A DNA stretch of 64,000 nucleotides. It comes from a virus. Its lineage: Duplodnaviria > Heunggongvirae > Uroviricota > Caudoviricetes. The notes under the pieces were generated by a model, which searched no databases, had not been told where the DNA came from, and worked only from the letters and a program-made list of their open reading frames with translations. Below are positions 62,250 to 64,000 of the stretch, in pieces. Position 1 is the first letter of the stretch. Each line of letters opens with the position of its first letter. Made by a program: the position numbers and the translations under genes. Location of the stretch: the IMG/VR virus record IMGVR_UViG_3300029957_000005, positions 1-64,000 of that record. The stretch is one strand, 5' to 3'.

Positions 62250-62619
62250 AGAGGCAAGAGACACATTCAAGCACATCTTCGGTGCCGAACTGGAAGTCGC
62301 CGTCTACCAGAACAAGGAAGTTCTCTCGTGCTCCCACTGTTCTGGAACCGGATGGACTTCACGTGAAGAGATGACCGACTACCACAAGAGGGAATCAGCC
62401 ATCTTCAACGACGAATGCAAATTCTGCAAAGGCAACGGACGCGTAACCAGAACCAACAACATCGTCCGGATTTCTCCACACTACTCCCACCACATCAACT
62501 CTCAAGAATTCAAGACGCATACGGACGTGCCTTTCTCCGAGGACCCTCTCGAGAAGCCGAACGTTTCGGTCTTCAACACCTATGAAAGGGTCCCAATCGA
62601 TGAAAAGCTGCGTAATTGA
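62233..62619 (+). CDS. zinc-ribbon protein (CSHCSGTG...CKFCKGNG)
   Basis: Two CxxC pairs. Confidence 0.5.
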   Translation: MKFRTKEARDTFKHIFGAELEVAVYQNKEVLSCSHCSGTGWTSREEMTDYHKRESAIFNDECKFCKGNGRVTRTNNIVRISPHYSHHINSQEFKTHTDVPFSEDPLEKPNVSVFNTYERVPIDEKLRN

Positions 62620-62890
62620 AACCATCATCCCGGCCGTGATCACCAACAAGCCGGGCTATCTCCTGGAGCTCGAGAAGCGTGAAGTCAAACTTCTGATCGA
62701 TCTTCTCGGTGCCACCGGTGGCACCCCCGGCAACAGCGTTCGCAAGTACGGTGATGCCATCCTCGCCAAGATCGCTTCCAACCCAGACTTCGTCGAGAAC
62801 GGCGAGATCAAGTACATGACTCCGACAAGCGATCGCTTCAAGCGGCTGGACATCACAGCTGCCGAAGGCTCTAACTACAACGACGAATAA
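62582..62890 (+). CDS. hypothetical protein
   Basis: Start is either 62582 or 62599. Confidence 0.4.
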   Translation: MKGSQSMKSCVIETIIPAVITNKPGYLLELEKREVKLLIDLLGATGGTPGNSVRKYGDAILAKIASNPDFVENGEIKYMTPTSDRFKRLDITAAEGSNYNDE

Positions 62891-62898
62891 GGAACCCA

Positions 62899-63945
62899 AT
62901 GGAAATTGATAGAGCACTAGCGTCCATTCGACGCATCGCAGGCATTCGCCCGATCGAGGGAGCAGACGTCATCGTCTGTGCAACCGTGGACGGATGGGAA
63001 CTCGTCACCCAGAAGAGCAACGGCTTCAAGACCGGGGATCTGGTCGTCTACTTCGAGATCGACTCGGTCCTCCCGGAGAAGGAGCCTTTTGAGTTCCTCC
63101 GTGAGCGCTGCTACGTCTCTGCAGAACGTTCGGTCAACGGAGCAGGCTTCCGTCTGAGGACCATCAAGCTCCGTGGACAGGTTTCACAAGGCCTGATCCT
63201 TCCGATCTCTGCTCTGGATCATCTGATCTACGATGGGGACCACACCTCCTACGAGGAAGGAACGGACCTCACCGAGATCTTGGGAGTGGTCAAGTACGAG
63301 AAGCCTCTGTCGGCCAATCTGGCCGGTGTGGCTCGAGGCAACTTCCCGACCTTCATCCCGAAGACTGATGAGACCAGAGTTCAGAATGCCCGTCGCATTC
63401 TCGAGCAGTCCTGGGATCACACCTTCGAGGTCTCGATCAAGCTGGATGGGTCGTCATGCACGATCTATGAACACGACGGCAAGTTCGGCGTCTGTTCCAG
63501 GAATCTGGATCTCGAAGAGACCGAAGGCAACTCCTTCTGGCAGGTGGCTCGCAAGTACGATCTCCCGAACAAGCTCGGAGGTCTCGGTCGCTTCAAGTCC
63601 ATCGCAATCCAAGGAGAGCTGATGGGTCCTGGAGTCCAGGGCAATCCGGAGGACCTGAAGGAACTCGATCTCTTCGTCTTCAACATCTATGACATCGCAC
63701 GTCGTGGGTACTTCAACCCACACGATCGTGGAGTCATCTGCAAGGTCCTCGGCCTGAAGTCCGTTCCGGTTCTGGAGTACAGGACCTTTGACACCTTCAC
63801 CATCGCCGACTATGTGGCCTATGCCGATGGTCCATCCCTGAACGAAAAGAAGAACCGTGAAGGTCTGGTCTTCAAGAGCCAGAGGGATCCATCGATCTCC
63901 TTCAAGGCAATCTCAAACAAGTGGTTGCTCAAGAACGATGGGTAA
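62899..63945 (+). CDS. ATP-dependent RNA ligase (Rnl-type covalent nucleotidyltransferase)
   Basis: Motif I SIKLDGSS (KxDGS), motif III IAIQGELMG, motif IV REGLVFKS, motif V K-x-K near C-terminus. Confidence 0.6.
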   Translation: MEIDRALASIRRIAGIRPIEGADVIVCATVDGWELVTQKSNGFKTGDLVVYFEIDSVLPEKEPFEFLRERCYVSAERSVNGAGFRLRTIKLRGQVSQGLILPISALDHLIYDGDHTSYEEGTDLTEILGVVKYEKPLSANLAGVARGNFPTFIPKTDETRVQNARRILEQSWDHTFEVSIKLDGSSCTIYEHDGKFGVCSRNLDLEETEGNSFWQVARKYDLPNKLGGLGRFKSIAIQGELMGPGVQGNPEDLKELDLFVFNIYDIARRGYFNPHDRGVICKVLGLKSVPVLEYRTFDTFTIADYVAYADGPSLNEKKNREGLVFKSQRDPSISFKAISNKWLLKNDG

Positions 63946-64000
63946 GCTCGCAGACGTTCCAAAGACTGCCCACTTCGCCGTCCTCGAAGAGTCCTCAACT

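Noticed and set aside
1-64000. CRISPR arrays, rRNA genes and integrase or transposase genes
   Set aside because: No short direct repeats with regular spacers, no rRNA-like segments, and no recombinase or transposase motifs were seen anywhere in the window.

Overview
This 64 kb window looks like part of the early/replication region of a T4-like (Straboviridae-type) myovirus, with roughly 55% GC and strong C/G-ending codon bias. Genes are tightly packed and nearly all on the + strand, with many ATGA/GTGA overlaps.

A syntenic T4 replisome block spans 2.6-14.2 kb: late sigma factor gp55, gp47/gp46 (Mre11/Rad50-like), gp45 clamp, gp44/gp62 clamp loader, RegA, gp43 DNA polymerase, UvsX (TTG start) and gp41 helicase. 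The gp61 primase lies at 46.7 kb. Between genes 41 and 61, where T4 carries only a few small ORFs, there is about 32 kb of accessory DNA. It holds:
- Dam methyltransferase and a gp56-like MazG pyrophosphatase.
- A UDG-superfamily protein, a ThyX whose reading frame is split, and dCMP deaminase.
- A Ser/Thr phosphatase, a DEDDh exonuclease, a classic AAA ATPase, and KxDG, Pol-beta and HxGH nucleotidyltransferases.
- An SPFH lipoprotein and a PTH2 peptidyl-tRNA hydrolase.
- A PnuC/NadR-like/Nudix NAD+ salvage cluster.
- A 740-nt ORF-poor structured region.
- An inverted (minus-strand) module of two repeat-sharing tail-fiber-like proteins next to a sulfotransferase-like protein, a 2OG-oxygenase-like protein and a possible glycosyltransferase.

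Downstream of the primase are a CCA-adding enzyme with a separate HD hydrolase and an HNH endonuclease. A MotA/ExbB-like plus ExbD/TolR-like membrane protein pair with a third membrane protein follows (54.1-55.5 kb). The window ends with DenV, many small ORFs and an Rnl-type RNA ligase.

A family of sigma70-like promoters with consensus GTTTACA-N16/17-TAGAGT recurs in intergenic regions. Several carry a conserved upstream element and a palindrome overlapping -10/+1. I found no rRNA, tRNA or CRISPR array by eye.
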